NCBI GenBank assembly: GCA_963727805.1
Contig: CAVSHF010000003.1
Coordinates: 576,001-640,000 of the forward strand
Origin: an uncultured Nitrospiraceae bacterium
Lineage (GTDB): Bacteria; Nitrospirota; Thermodesulfovibrionia; Thermodesulfovibrionales; Dissulfurispiraceae
Length of the DNA: 64,000 nucleotides
Reading direction: 5' to 3'
Each line of letters begins with the position of its first letter. The first letter of the stretch is position 1. Under the pieces are notes generated by a model. That model did no database searches and was not told the DNA's origin. It was given only the letters and a program-made list of their open reading frames with translations. Both the position numbers and the translations under genes were made by a program. Positions 9,287-19,630 of the stretch are shown here, one piece after another.

Positions 9287-11614
9287 GTGAAGAAAATGGT
9301 CGAGCGCAGACAGTTGGAAGAAAAAAACCCTGATGGCGAAGAACGCTGTCGTCTATTGATTCATGGACTCGACGCTATCATATGGGAAGCTGACCCGACG
9401 ACGTTGCAATTCTCCTTTGTGAGTGCGAGAGCTAAAGCTATCCTGGGGTATCCTATCGAACAGTGGTTGAAAGAACCCAATTTCTGGGTTGACCATATTC
9501 ATCCCGATGATCGCGAGCAAGCTGTAGCCTTTTGCCGAGCTGCAATCAATGAAGGAAGAGACCACAGGTTTGAGTATCGAGCTTTGGCAGCGGATGGTCG
9601 AGTAGTATGGCTACGCGACATCGTTCGCATCATTCCAAGCGGAGAAGGAAAAGGACAGAGATTGCTCGGTTTGATGATCGACATTACCGAGTACAAACGA
9701 ATGGAAGACGCCCTGCAAAACAGTGACATGCGATTCCGCATGGCTTTTGCTCAAGCTGCTGTTGGCCAAGCATTGAGCGATGAGAAAGTAAATTTCATAC
9801 AAGTGAATAAGGCTTTTTGTGATATCACCGGCTATACAGAGCAGGAACTACTTTCAATGAGCCTTGAGTCAATTACTCATCCCGAGGATTTCCCAGCATG
9901 TATGGAGCAAATTCGAGAGCTGTTGTCTGGCATGACAGACAGCTTCATTATAGAAAAAAGATTCATAACAAAATCTGGAGATCCAGTATGGGTCCGCAAC
10001 AGCGTTGCCGCTGTACGCGATAAACTTGGAGGCATCAGTAACTTCATCGCACTGAGTGAAGACATCACCGAAAGGAAAAAGGCGGAGGAGTGTCTCAGAT
10101 CGTCTGAAGAAAAATATCGCAGCATATTCGAAGACACCAAGGATGTCATATTCATAAGTACTCCGAAGGGAGAGTTTGCCGATATTAATCCTGCCGGCCT
10201 TGAATGGCTTGGATATTCATCCCTGGAGGAACTAACAAAGATTGATATTGCCACTGACTTATATGTAAATACTGAAGACCGTTTTCTTTTTCAGCAATCG
10301 ATAGACCGACATGGATATGTTAAGGATTTTGAAGTGGAGTTAAAAAAAGCAAATGGTCAAAAGATAACGGTCAAGATAACGGCTACAGCCGTCCGCGACG
10401 AAAAAGGAAGAGTTGTCAATTACCGCGGGATTATGCGGGATGTGACTCTAGAGAAAACCCTTGAGCATCAAATTATGCAGGCCCAAAAGATGGAGGCGGT
10501 GGGGCAACTTGCCGGGGGCATTGCACACGACTTCAATAACATACTCTCAGCAATCATTGGTTACGGACATCTTGTCCTTATGCAGATTCAAGAGGACAGT
10601 CCACTTCGAACCTATATAGAGCAGATACTCGACTCTTCGGAAAGGGCAGCTGTGCTGACTCAGAATTTACTGGCATTTAGCAGAAAACAAATCATAAATC
10701 CTCAGCCGTGCAGAATCAACCAGATTATAAGAAATGTAGCTCCAGTCTTAACAAAACTCATTAGAGAGGATATTGAACTTAAACTCGACTTGAGTGTAGA
10801 GGATAGCACTGTAGTAGTGGACCGTTTACAAATTGAACAAGTACTGATGAATCTTGTAACCAATGCCCGAGATGCCATGTCAACTGGAGGCATATTAACG
10901 ATAAGCACACAAAAAATGGATATGGACGCGACATTTGTCGAGGTCCACGGGTATGGGAAGATTGGCAAGTATATAATCATATCGGTAGAAGATACCGGCG
11001 TAGGCCTGGATGAAATGACTAAGGCAAGGATATTTGAGCCTTTTTTCACTACTAAGGATATGGGTAGAGGAACAGGACTTGGCTTGGCAATGGTATATGG
11101 GGTTGTTAAGCAAAATGATGGTTTTATCAACGTATATAGTGAAGTGGGGAAAGGAACCACATTCAGAATATATTTGCCAGAAGTCCTCGTCAAAGTTGAA
11201 CAAAGCAACGATGTAGAGATTAAGTCACCGGTAGGTGGCACGGAAACAATTCTCGTAGTTGAAGATGACCGGGCACTAAGGAAACTTGCTGTTACATTGC
11301 TTGAGAAGTATGGATATACCGTGATTGAAGCTATTGATGGCGATGACGCGTTAGTTCGCTTTGATGAATACAAAAAGAGCATTGATCTTCTGATTACAGA
11401 CGTAGTAATACCCAAGAGGAGCGGCATCGAGGTGTTTGAAGAGATAAAGAAGTTCAACCCTGGAACGAAAGTACTCTTCCTGAGTGGTTATTCAAAGGAT
11501 ATTACACAGAAGAAGGGGATTCTTGACACGAGTGTAAATTTTCTTCAGAAACCAGTTAGTCCAAATACTTTGCTGAAGAAGGTCAGAGAAATCATGGACC
11601 ATAAGCTTGGATGA
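9287..11614 (+). CDS. Hybrid PAS x3 histidine kinase-receiver (CckA-like)
   Basis: Three PAS/PAC domains, AHDFNN H-box, FEPFFTTK, GTGLGL, C-terminal REC. Confidence 0.95.
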   Translation: MKKMVERRQLEEKNPDGEERCRLLIHGLDAIIWEADPTTLQFSFVSARAKAILGYPIEQWLKEPNFWVDHIHPDDREQAVAFCRAAINEGRDHRFEYRALAADGRVVWLRDIVRIIPSGEGKGQRLLGLMIDITEYKRMEDALQNSDMRFRMAFAQAAVGQALSDEKVNFIQVNKAFCDITGYTEQELLSMSLESITHPEDFPACMEQIRELLSGMTDSFIIEKRFITKSGDPVWVRNSVAAVRDKLGGISNFIALSEDITERKKAEECLRSSEEKYRSIFEDTKDVIFISTPKGEFADINPAGLEWLGYSSLEELTKIDIATDLYVNTEDRFLFQQSIDRHGYVKDFEVELKKANGQKITVKITATAVRDEKGRVVNYRGIMRDVTLEKTLEHQIMQAQKMEAVGQLAGGIAHDFNNILSAIIGYGHLVLMQIQEDSPLRTYIEQILDSSERAAVLTQNLLAFSRKQIINPQPCRINQIIRNVAPVLTKLIREDIELKLDLSVEDSTVVVDRLQIEQVLMNLVTNARDAMSTGGILTISTQKMDMDATFVEVHGYGKIGKYIIISVEDTGVGLDEMTKARIFEPFFTTKDMGRGTGLGLAMVYGVVKQNDGFINVYSEVGKGTTFRIYLPEVLVKVEQSNDVEIKSPVGGTETILVVEDDRALRKLAVTLLEKYGYTVIEAIDGDDALVRFDEYKKSIDLLITDVVIPKRSGIEVFEEIKKFNPGTKVLFLSGYSKDITQKKGILDTSVNFLQKPVSPNTLLKKVREIMDHKLG

Positions 11615-11867
11615 TTTTGTTGTCCTTGCGCGTCCTGACGACATCCGTGCAAATATCTGGCATTCCATAACAGTTTCCTCGGGAATAAACTATTAGGCAG
11701 ATAGTTAGCAGCAGATTCTGCCTCGTCAAATTTCGATTAGTATCGGGAAGTAACGAAGCGTCTTCGCCGTGTAGGCCGCTGGCTAGATTGTGAGTACCCG
11801 AGAATCCTGATTTAACAATTATTTTCGGAATTCAACAGTCTTGCTCAGAGGTTCGAAGTATCGATAA

Positions 11868-12224
11868 TCAGGCAGAGGTATTTGCCTCTCGAATAAAGTG
11901 AGGCATTGATGCAGGAATCTCGATCACTATCTCCACAAAACCGCGATATTCATCATTCACATGCCAAGGGGTTTGATAAATCAGTTTCTTGACTCCTTTT
12001 TTTTCGATAGTGTAAATATTCGTGCCCCGCTCTTCCATTAGTTGTTTAAGCTTTAATCGGGCGGGTTCGGGGTGGCAGTCCAGTAAATTGGAACCCAAGA
12101 GTTGTCTACCTCCCCTTTTTTGAAATACGGTTACTGCTTTTTCATTCATCTCAAGTATTATCCCGTCAGGATCGCAGACAATAACCGACCCTGGAAATTC
12201 TTCTACCCATGCATATTTCTCCAT
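11868..12224 (-). CDS. Single PAS-domain protein
   Basis: VCDPDGIILEMN, LLDCHPEP, YTIEKKG; RBS before MEKYAW. Confidence 0.8.
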   Translation of the reverse strand: MEKYAWVEEFPGSVIVCDPDGIILEMNEKAVTVFQKRGGRQLLGSNLLDCHPEPARLKLKQLMEERGTNIYTIEKKGVKKLIYQTPWHVNDEYRGFVEIVIEIPASMPHFIREANTSA

Positions 12225-12496
12225 CGGCACTGCCCTCCCGGTTTGTCTCATATTATACTCCGATTTTCACAGTAACTCCCGAAGGAGCGGATCCTGAATA
12301 CACTGATTGTTAAAACAGACAATCGGGGGTCGTTTCAACACTCCGCCAAGTAATGAACAGTGCCAGAGAGTCTCTCCGACCTTTTATTTCTGAAGAAACA
12401 TGACAACAGCGTGAGCGGTTGTTGCAATAGTCAAGAGTTGCCTTTACAACATCTGTCAACGCAGATTTCAACTTTTTCCTATCTGCCCCTGATTTT

Positions 12497-12883
12497 TTAC
12501 TTTTGGGGTTTCGCAAGCAACCATGTGAATGTGCTTTCAAAGGTGACGTTCTTCCCTTCATCCACGATCTTTACCATGACGTCCACAAGGGCCGATCCCT
12601 TTTCCGAGAGTTCTTTCTTCGCCTTCATGGCTCTGTCTGCTTCAATAAAGCCTGTTGAAAATAGTCTTCCCTTTGCTGGGTTTCTATACTTGACTTCAAC
12701 CCTCCTCACCACTGGGAAATAAGCTCCGTTCCAGTCACCAAAGTTTCTTTCCAGGATCTTCCCGCTTGAGGCTTCAGCCAGTGCATATTGAGCAGATGCA
12801 TGCATAGTGCCTAAATAATTCTGATATATTACACGGTCTTCAAGCATAAGAATCGTGTCGGGGACATCCGACTTCTTTATCAA
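12497..12883 (-). CDS. Hotdog-fold thioesterase (DUF4442/YiiD-like)
   Basis: NYLGTMHASAQYALAEA and VKYRNPA. The coding frame appears to extend upstream to a CTG at about 12919 after an AAGGA RBS. Confidence 0.75.
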   Translation of the reverse strand: MIKKSDVPDTILMLEDRVIYQNYLGTMHASAQYALAEASSGKILERNFGDWNGAYFPVVRRVEVKYRNPAKGRLFSTGFIEADRAMKAKKELSEKGSALVDVMVKIVDEGKNVTFESTFTWLLAKPQK

Positions 12884-12995
12884 TAGGATCTTGTTAAAAG
12901 GCAGGTCTAAAACATTCAGTTTCTTCCTTTCGTATAGGCTGATAATAATAGCAAGTCAAGAGTTCCGTTACAAGGACTGCAGACATGATTAGTGT

Positions 12996-14699
12996 TCAAG
13001 GCATCTTTGGAATGAGGACTGTCAGAATAGTCCCTTTATTTTGACTTCCAGTTATATGCACTTCACCTTTCCAAATGTGCACGCGCTCGCGGATCCCCAG
13101 AATACCAAAAGAATTAGCTTTGGAGATTTGTTCCTCAGTAATTCCGATACCATTATCAGAAATCTCAAGTATGATACTGTCGTCTCGTTCAGTTAACGTC
13201 ACCCTAACCTTCGTCGCATTTGCATGCCGCAGCACATTTGTCAATGATTCCTGAAATATCCGAAACAATGCGATTGCCATATCAGAACTGACACTAATAT
13301 TCTCAGGATCTAAAGCCACTGGGCATTCAATGCCCGAGCTTCTATTAAATTCCTGTGCCTGCCACTTGATTGCAGAACCTAACCCGAAATGATCCAGAAT
13401 GCTTGGTCTTAATTCCATGCAGATTTTTTTCACTGATTGAATAATCGTATCGATCGTCGCAATATCCTTCTTCAGCTCTTCCCCGAATACAGCAGCGGAA
13501 TCCATTGATTCCCGTGTGGTCCTTGATAAATTAAACTTCAGCGCTGTCAGCATCTGTCCAAGCTCATCGTGTATCTCACGAGCAATTAGGGTTCTTTCTT
13601 CCTCTCTTATAGATTGCAGATGTGCGGTAAGGTCATGTAATCGCTCATGAGACACTCTTATTTCTTCCTCTGAGAGCCTGTTTTTTTCGCGCATCCTCAG
13701 AGACGTGATTGCAAATGCTACATTGTCGGCAAGTTCTTTAAGCAAAATGCACTCTTCCGCAATGAAGACGTCAGCTTGCGAAGCATAAATTGTGAGCGAT
13801 CCAAAGCATTTTTTACCATTCAAAAGAGGCAGACCGATTGCAGAAGCAAATCCCCTCCTGATTGCTTCTTCACGCCATGGTGCCATAAACGGATTATCTA
13901 ACCTGTTGTTCTGAACACACATGTTACCCGTTCTTATCGCTGTCCCAGTCGGGCCCCGGCCCCATTGATTATCTTCCCAGGTCACTTTTATGGCGCTGAG
14001 ATAGCTGTCCTCGTGGCCCGCATATGCGTATGGCAACACTCTCTTTTCCTCATTATCCTGTGGATAGCCGATCCATGCCATCAGATACTTTCCTTCCTCT
14101 ACGACTATCCGACATATTTCATTGGCGAAAGTTTGTTCGTCAGTAGCATGAACGATTGCAGCATTACTTCTGCTAAGCGTCCTTAATGCACGATCTACTT
14201 TGACAAGCTCCTTTTCTGCTTGTTGTCGATGAGCAATTTCATCTTTCAATTCAATGTTAGCCTGAATCAAGTCCGAGTGGGCTATCCTCAGCGCTTCTAG
14301 TGTCTTTCGACGCTCCGTATGCTCCGCCGCCTCTTTTAAAGCTCTGCGCACCGAAGGTACCAGCCTTTGACTGCCGCTTTTCAAGACATAATCCGTCGCA
14401 CCTCTCTTGAGTGTTTCAATAGCTAATTCTTCACCAATTGTCCCTGAAATGAAAATAAAAGGTATGTCGGGACATTTTTCTTTTGCAATGGCGAGTGCGT
14501 CGATTCCATCAAAGCCCGGTAAGGCACGATCGACAAATATTATGTCAAATCGGCCCTGATCGATCGCAGTGATAAATTCATCGCGGCCTTCTACACGGAA
14601 GATGTCCGTTGTGATGCCCTCTGCGTCAAGAATCGCTTTCACGAGTTCGGCGTCAAGAGGGTCGTCTTCGAGGTGTAGAATCCGCAAAGGCGAATTCAT
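12996..14699 (-). CDS. REC-GAF-HisKA_3 histidine kinase
   Basis: LRILHLEDD receiver, GAF (WGRGPTGTAIRTG), IAREIHDELGQ, DNGIG. The ORF-track 5' extension belongs to the upstream remnant. Confidence 0.92.
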   Translation of the reverse strand: MNSPLRILHLEDDPLDAELVKAILDAEGITTDIFRVEGRDEFITAIDQGRFDIIFVDRALPGFDGIDALAIAKEKCPDIPFIFISGTIGEELAIETLKRGATDYVLKSGSQRLVPSVRRALKEAAEHTERRKTLEALRIAHSDLIQANIELKDEIAHRQQAEKELVKVDRALRTLSRSNAAIVHATDEQTFANEICRIVVEEGKYLMAWIGYPQDNEEKRVLPYAYAGHEDSYLSAIKVTWEDNQWGRGPTGTAIRTGNMCVQNNRLDNPFMAPWREEAIRRGFASAIGLPLLNGKKCFGSLTIYASQADVFIAEECILLKELADNVAFAITSLRMREKNRLSEEEIRVSHERLHDLTAHLQSIREEERTLIAREIHDELGQMLTALKFNLSRTTRESMDSAAVFGEELKKDIATIDTIIQSVKKICMELRPSILDHFGLGSAIKWQAQEFNRSSGIECPVALDPENISVSSDMAIALFRIFQESLTNVLRHANATKVRVTLTERDDSIILEISDNGIGITEEQISKANSFGILGIRERVHIWKGEVHITGSQNKGTILTVLIPKMP

Positions 14700-14719
14700 C
14701 TTAAAGCTTCTCATCTTAT

Positions 14720-14955
14720 AAAGCCTTTTTGTTTTGCATACGTTTCTTACCGCAGGTTCGCTGACGATAGCCCCATAGGCCCTTATGAGTTTGATAATGC
14801 CCGAACTCATAGAAATCGGCCGACTGAATTACAATAGGGCTTGCCAGCCGATACTGCTCCCTATGTCTCGACCCTCATAAGAAGATGTCAGGATTACCAC
14901 AGGCATGCACTTAAGCCTACTGTCGCTCTTCATAGTCTGAAAACTTCCAGTCTAT
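14720..14955 (-). pseudogene. Degraded response regulator (3' half)
   Basis: Frameshifted segments MKSDSRLKCMPVVILTSS and IKLIRAYGAIVSEPAVRNVCKTK match the intact REC at 45250-45714 (MKSDAQLKCIPVVMLTSS ... AYWAVVSEPPPSIVCKTK). Confidence 0.8.
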
Positions 14956-15941
14956 TCATCTATTGTGCTCCCATATTAATTCATGCTTTATTTCATCTTT
15001 CAAAAACAAAGCGTCAATGACTCGTATTGTAATTGGAAGTGTCAAGAATATTATTAAGCCAATTATACATTCGGACTTGAGAAATGTGCTGAGTGCCATT
15101 ATCAGTAAATAACATATCACAATCAAGATAAATTTGGAATATCAATATTCCTGAGGAAGATGCTCTATGAAAATGCGCCATTGATAGGCGAAATGGAGCA
15201 GCATGATAATAATTCCGATAAATAAATTTAATATCATTAGAATCTCACTCATAATTATGGAACAAATGTATTAGCTTGTCCCTGAAGAGACAAAATATTT
15301 TCTTGGCCATGCCGGCCCATTTTCAATATGTTAAGAGTATAATTTCTCATCCTTGTCTTACCTTATAAAAGCTGCTCTTCGATTGTAATATAAATCCAAC
15401 TGCTCTGGGCGTCATCACCTGATATAATATTTGCAATAACTCTGCCATAACTATCTGGCCAATGCTCCATATAAATAAAATAATGAGCGCAGAAACTAAA
15501 TCGATGACAATTGTGAAAACGCCGGACAAACTCGATCAACCTCGGCAGTGTGAACACTAGGAAGTAAATGCTTCGTGAAACTCTCTCAGGATGTTTGTTG
15601 CCCAGACAACTACGTTTATCATAAAGCTGCACCAGCAAAGATTAAATGGAGCACTTCGCTCAGTAACAAGGTTCCCGCGTGGGCAGCTTGAGTCTCGGTA
15701 TATTTATTCATTAGCAAAGACTTCTTTGATCACAAACAACACATATTTGTCGAATTTTGCTCATATGGATAGGTCTTGCAGACTGACATGTGAGAGATTT
15801 CATCTAATCGTGGCTTATTTCAGTAAGCGTCAACACTTTTCCGCCAAATCACCAAAGGCAGCTAGTTATTTCACCAATTGGATTTAGCGTAAAGTCTGCA
15901 CCAAGACGGTGGATTAATGTCATGTAAGGGGAAAATAGTGA

Positions 15942-15957
15942 TGGCACGGTTATTGCA
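15942..15957 (+). promoter_or_regulatory. Sigma-54 (-24/-12) promoter
   Basis: TGGCACGGTTATTGCA matches TGGCAC-N5-TTGCA with GG-N10-GC spacing. Confidence 0.7.
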
Positions 15958-16045
15958 AAAAAAATTAGAGTAGATAAATGCCGGAATGCGATTACTATAA
16001 CACTGTAGCATCAGTTTGCATATAAAAACTAGACAAGGATAAAAA

Positions 16046-16249
16046 ATGAAAACACCAAATTATCAGTGCGCTAAAGACGATCCAGCTCATATCATCGAGA
16101 AAGCGTATGCTTACGAGAAGTGCTATATGTATAGAGCATTAATGATAGTTGGTGATTTTGGCGCAAATCTCTTAACTCCTGCTGATACCTTTCGCAAATG
16201 GGCCGATAGGGCAAATAGAATTACTTCCTCACGGTTTGGGCGAAGCTGA
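16046..16249 (+). CDS. Small hypothetical protein downstream of the sigma-54 promoter
   Basis: 67-aa ORF with an AAGGA RBS, about 90 nt after the sigma-54 site. Confidence 0.45.
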   Translation: MKTPNYQCAKDDPAHIIEKAYAYEKCYMYRALMIVGDFGANLLTPADTFRKWADRANRITSSRFGRS

Positions 16250-16531
16250 TACTTTAATTAATACCTGTTTAAGTATTGGAAGAAAGCGTGGCAAAGCCCA
16301 GAGCCGGCAGGATCTATTTACAGTTGAAGTCAGCAGAAGGTTAACAGTTTTAAGAATATTGACGTTAGGAAGTATTATTGTTGCAAGAGCATAAAAGAGC
16401 AAAGACCAAAGTGAGCGGATTTACAACACAAATCTTTATAGCCCCGAACATTTATTTAGGCTACTTTCTCCCAATCCGAATTGCCCGCTTCTGGTCAAGC
16501 TGAATTGACGCTTCAGTTTCGATATCGCAGC

Positions 16532-16837
16532 CTAATCAATGAACTCGATTCCGTAAAAACCCTTCCGACTCCAGACTACACGCCCTCTTGTTGCAGACGG
16601 CGATTGGAACTTAATGACATCTCCGACCTTAAGTTGGGCTTCAGTCGTTATTCTACATCCACCAAGCGACGACTCTAGAATGCCGGGAGCATACTTATGC
16701 CCGCTGTAGGCGAACTTCGCTTTAGTTTGATTTTTCTGAGGCTCGCAGCGCGGCATTTCGCGTCGCTCTTTTTTGACGCAGGACTGACGAATGTTAGTTA
16801 TTTTCTTTTCTTCTAATATTCTTTTTTTGATAGTCAT
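16532..16837 (-). CDS. PilZ-domain protein
   Basis: ERREMPR (RxxxR), ESSLGGC (D/NxSxxG-like), GRVVWS...YGIEF. Confidence 0.7.
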   Translation of the reverse strand: MTIKKRILEEKKITNIRQSCVKKERREMPRCEPQKNQTKAKFAYSGHKYAPGILESSLGGCRITTEAQLKVGDVIKFQSPSATRGRVVWSRKGFYGIEFID

Positions 16838-17107
16838 GTTCACCCCCCCCAAAAGAATATTTTTTTATTGTGGAAACGTCTATGTATTATTATCGGGAGT
16901 AAACTACAGACCTTTAGAGAGGAAAGCTTCCGGAGCATTGCTCTTATCTGGTTAAGTAACGTATTTCTTGCTTCGATATGACGTAGTCGGTGGCACTTCG
17001 TAAAATAGCCATACTCATTTCTGAGAGAAATTTCATCTCTCAATATGCTGTTTTGCTCACCCTGCCCTTACATCGCTCTGGGAAATATTAAGTCTGCACG
17101 CGGGGCT

Positions 17108-17385
17108 TCAGCTAAAGTGCAAAAAATAAAGACTGGCTGCCTTAAAGGTGCTACACTGTGCAAGATCTCCTGTCTCAATGCCCCTTCTGAACCAGCGAAA
17201 CCGGTGTTCAGGGCTATCATGGGTAAAAGAATCAAGGACAACATATCCTTGGCCCTGATTCTGGAGGCGGTCGTCACCGATGTTCCTTGCTGTGCAAAGT
17301 TGCTTCAACATCTCCAGCTTCAAGTATTTTCTTGGTTCTGTTTGCATGGTAACCCCAAATGTCGGCAAGACAGTCAGCCCGGCTT
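17108..17385 (-). pseudogene. 3' remnant of a YpfJ-type neutral zinc metallopeptidase
   Basis: Reads ADCLADIWGYHANRTKKILEAGDVEA, then after a frameshift IGDDRLQNQGQGYVVLDSFTHDSPEHRFRWFRRGIETGDLAQCSTF. Confidence 0.8.
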
Positions 17386-17798
17386 TATGATAGTGCTTGT
17401 TTAGTTTTTACAGGCTGGCTCTCCCCCATCTGTGAAATCATAGACTTCAAAATCACACGTCTGGCCTCCGAGGAGCTTACTATGCAAATACTCTATATAA
17501 CCTGCACAGTCAATAAGAAGCCGGTCAGTGTCAACACAGGCAACATTTGTGATCTTCGTATCGAGTTGTTCTCCGGAATACGCTGGATCACGTGATCTTA
17601 TATGAAATCTATTCACCTTCCTAATGAATGGAATCAATTTCTTGGCCGGTTGCGAGAACTTATGTTAAGTTGTGATCGTAAGAACTATAGATGGAGAGTT
17701 AAGGGAATCAACCTCGAAAGATCGAACGGCAGAAAAGCGTATATTGGGAGGCTATCTCTTTTTATTCACAGATCCCCACCGGGCATTATGCTCGCGGC

Positions 17799-18476
17799 TC
17801 ACTTATGCATAAGAAACGCGGCCAACTTGTAATTGAGCAAGTCCCCGATGTGCTCAATAGTTATATCAGCAGGCGGATAAGCGGCCATATTTTCGGGATC
17901 GAGCGCATATCGCCCTTGTCGTGGAAAAACCGTCGTAAGCTTGTCCCCCCATATTTTTTTCATCGCGGTGAGAATGCGCAGCTTATCGTCAACCATGATG
18001 TAATGGCGGGCAGGATAGCGCAACTCGACATCCGCTAGCATCTGCTCTTTATGGATGTAGATCAGGACACGGCCGCCGACCGCATCCCACAGCCCTGACA
18101 GTTGTATTTTGCGCGGCTGGAAGACCACGTCGCCATCGGACAGGATAACCGTCGTCCCCCACTTGCCCACGTACTCAAGAGCTTTTAGAGAGCCAGGGTA
18201 CAATCTGTTGGCAAATGGATAATCCACCAGGAATGAAGAAATCAACAGCAGTCGCGGGTCGCACCCTTCCTCAAGCCGATAACGCTGCAAGGACCCCAAG
18301 TAGTCCGCATAGCCCAACTCGGCGCGCAACTCCTCGAGGATGACAAAGTACCGGTCCCTGCTTTGGGCCCCAAACTCACGTTCGATATGGCGCCCAAGAT
18401 CGCTTATTACTCGGTCATTGTCGAGTAGCGTGTTATCGACATCAAACAAGAACACAACTTCTTTTTTCGAGATCAT
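17799..18476 (-). CDS. HAD family hydrolase
   Basis: FDVDNTL motif I, ILSDGD, MVDDK motif IV. Confidence 0.9.
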   Translation of the reverse strand: MISKKEVVFLFDVDNTLLDNDRVISDLGRHIEREFGAQSRDRYFVILEELRAELGYADYLGSLQRYRLEEGCDPRLLLISSFLVDYPFANRLYPGSLKALEYVGKWGTTVILSDGDVVFQPRKIQLSGLWDAVGGRVLIYIHKEQMLADVELRYPARHYIMVDDKLRILTAMKKIWGDKLTTVFPRQGRYALDPENMAAYPPADITIEHIGDLLNYKLAAFLMHK

Positions 18477-18756
18477 CGCATTGCCCCCCCTGAATATGCT
18501 ACATGGGGAACCTCCCAGAAATGATGCCATACTTATTTGCACAGCGAGTTAGTGCATTTTCTTCGTGGGGGTCCGACAACAACACATGAACAGTCATCAT
18601 CATGGTCAATGATCTAGTAGTCAGGGTTTGTGCTATTTCCAATTTTCTAGGTGAGCTTAAAAAGGAAAAGCAAGACCTGAACTTGCGCTTTTGTCAGATC
18701 AAATAGGTTCAACCGCATTTTAGGAGTCCTGCCATTGCTAGAAGCCATTTGCAAAT

Positions 18757-19212
18757 CTATACTGGCGTCGCTTCTTGCACTGCTTTTCTAAATGCAAGCG
18801 GATCTTCTATCCCCTTATATAATTCTTTCGTACCGCCACTTCCTGTTATTATGATATCTCCATAATTCATCATTTTACCGAGGAGAGTTTGATTTACCGC
18901 TAACGCTTCGACTTTGTTCAATAGGATCTCCAAGGAACGAGTCTGGACCACGCCTGATTTCATGATCACCCTCTTATTCGTTACTGCGAATTCTGATGAT
19001 CTTTGAGTAATATATGCTCTCAAAACGAAGAAAACAGCGGGAAGGAGCAAAAGCAGTTCAAGGTGTTTATATCCCGCCTTGGCTACAATAAGCGCGAAAA
19101 CAGCTAAAACTATGACCGTGAATGCAACTGGAATAATGAAAACCTTCCAATGCAGCTGTGTGCGATAAATAACTATTTCATCCTTAAGGAGATGGGGGTC
19201 AACATAGCTCAT
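18757..19212 (-). CDS. Bacterial PH-domain (bPH_2) membrane protein
   Basis: Two TM segments, then SEFAVTNKRVI and LGKMMNYGDIII. Confidence 0.85.
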   Translation of the reverse strand: MSYVDPHLLKDEIVIYRTQLHWKVFIIPVAFTVIVLAVFALIVAKAGYKHLELLLLLPAVFFVLRAYITQRSSEFAVTNKRVIMKSGVVQTRSLEILLNKVEALAVNQTLLGKMMNYGDIIITGSGGTKELYKGIEDPLAFRKAVQEATPV

Positions 19213-19630
19213 AACTGCTCCTTGTCTTATCCCCTTATTATACTATTTTTTAATGCTTGCCAAGTGGCCTGTGAAGTTATCCATCGACAATTAACTATTT
19301 TTTCGCTTGATAGCATCCAAAGATCGCAAATGATTATGGTTTCTTATCAAGTAAACAAATTGAGACAGATTAAAGATGTTTATTTCAATTACAGCGAAAC
19401 ATCGTCAAAAGCCGGCAAGGTATTTGATTCGATAAGAAATACTAGTTTTGTAGGCATATGATGAGACAGAGCATAATTAAACGAGAGTGCATACTTAACT
19501 ACAAAGAAACACTTTTAGGTGTGCCCGAAAAAGTGAATGTCTATTTATCCTCTTCGTTCTTATAGCAGCATATCAGAGATGCGGAGGAAAGAAGTGTTGA
19601 TAACAGATGAGTGCATGCGTTGTATCATCT

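Noticed and set aside
15347..15887. Short overlapping ORFs in AT-rich DNA
   Set aside because: No motif or clear RBS; at most a decayed membrane-protein gene.
17401..17790. Possible eroded gene between the HAD gene and the ypfJ remnant
   Set aside because: Multiple stops and no confident family assignment.
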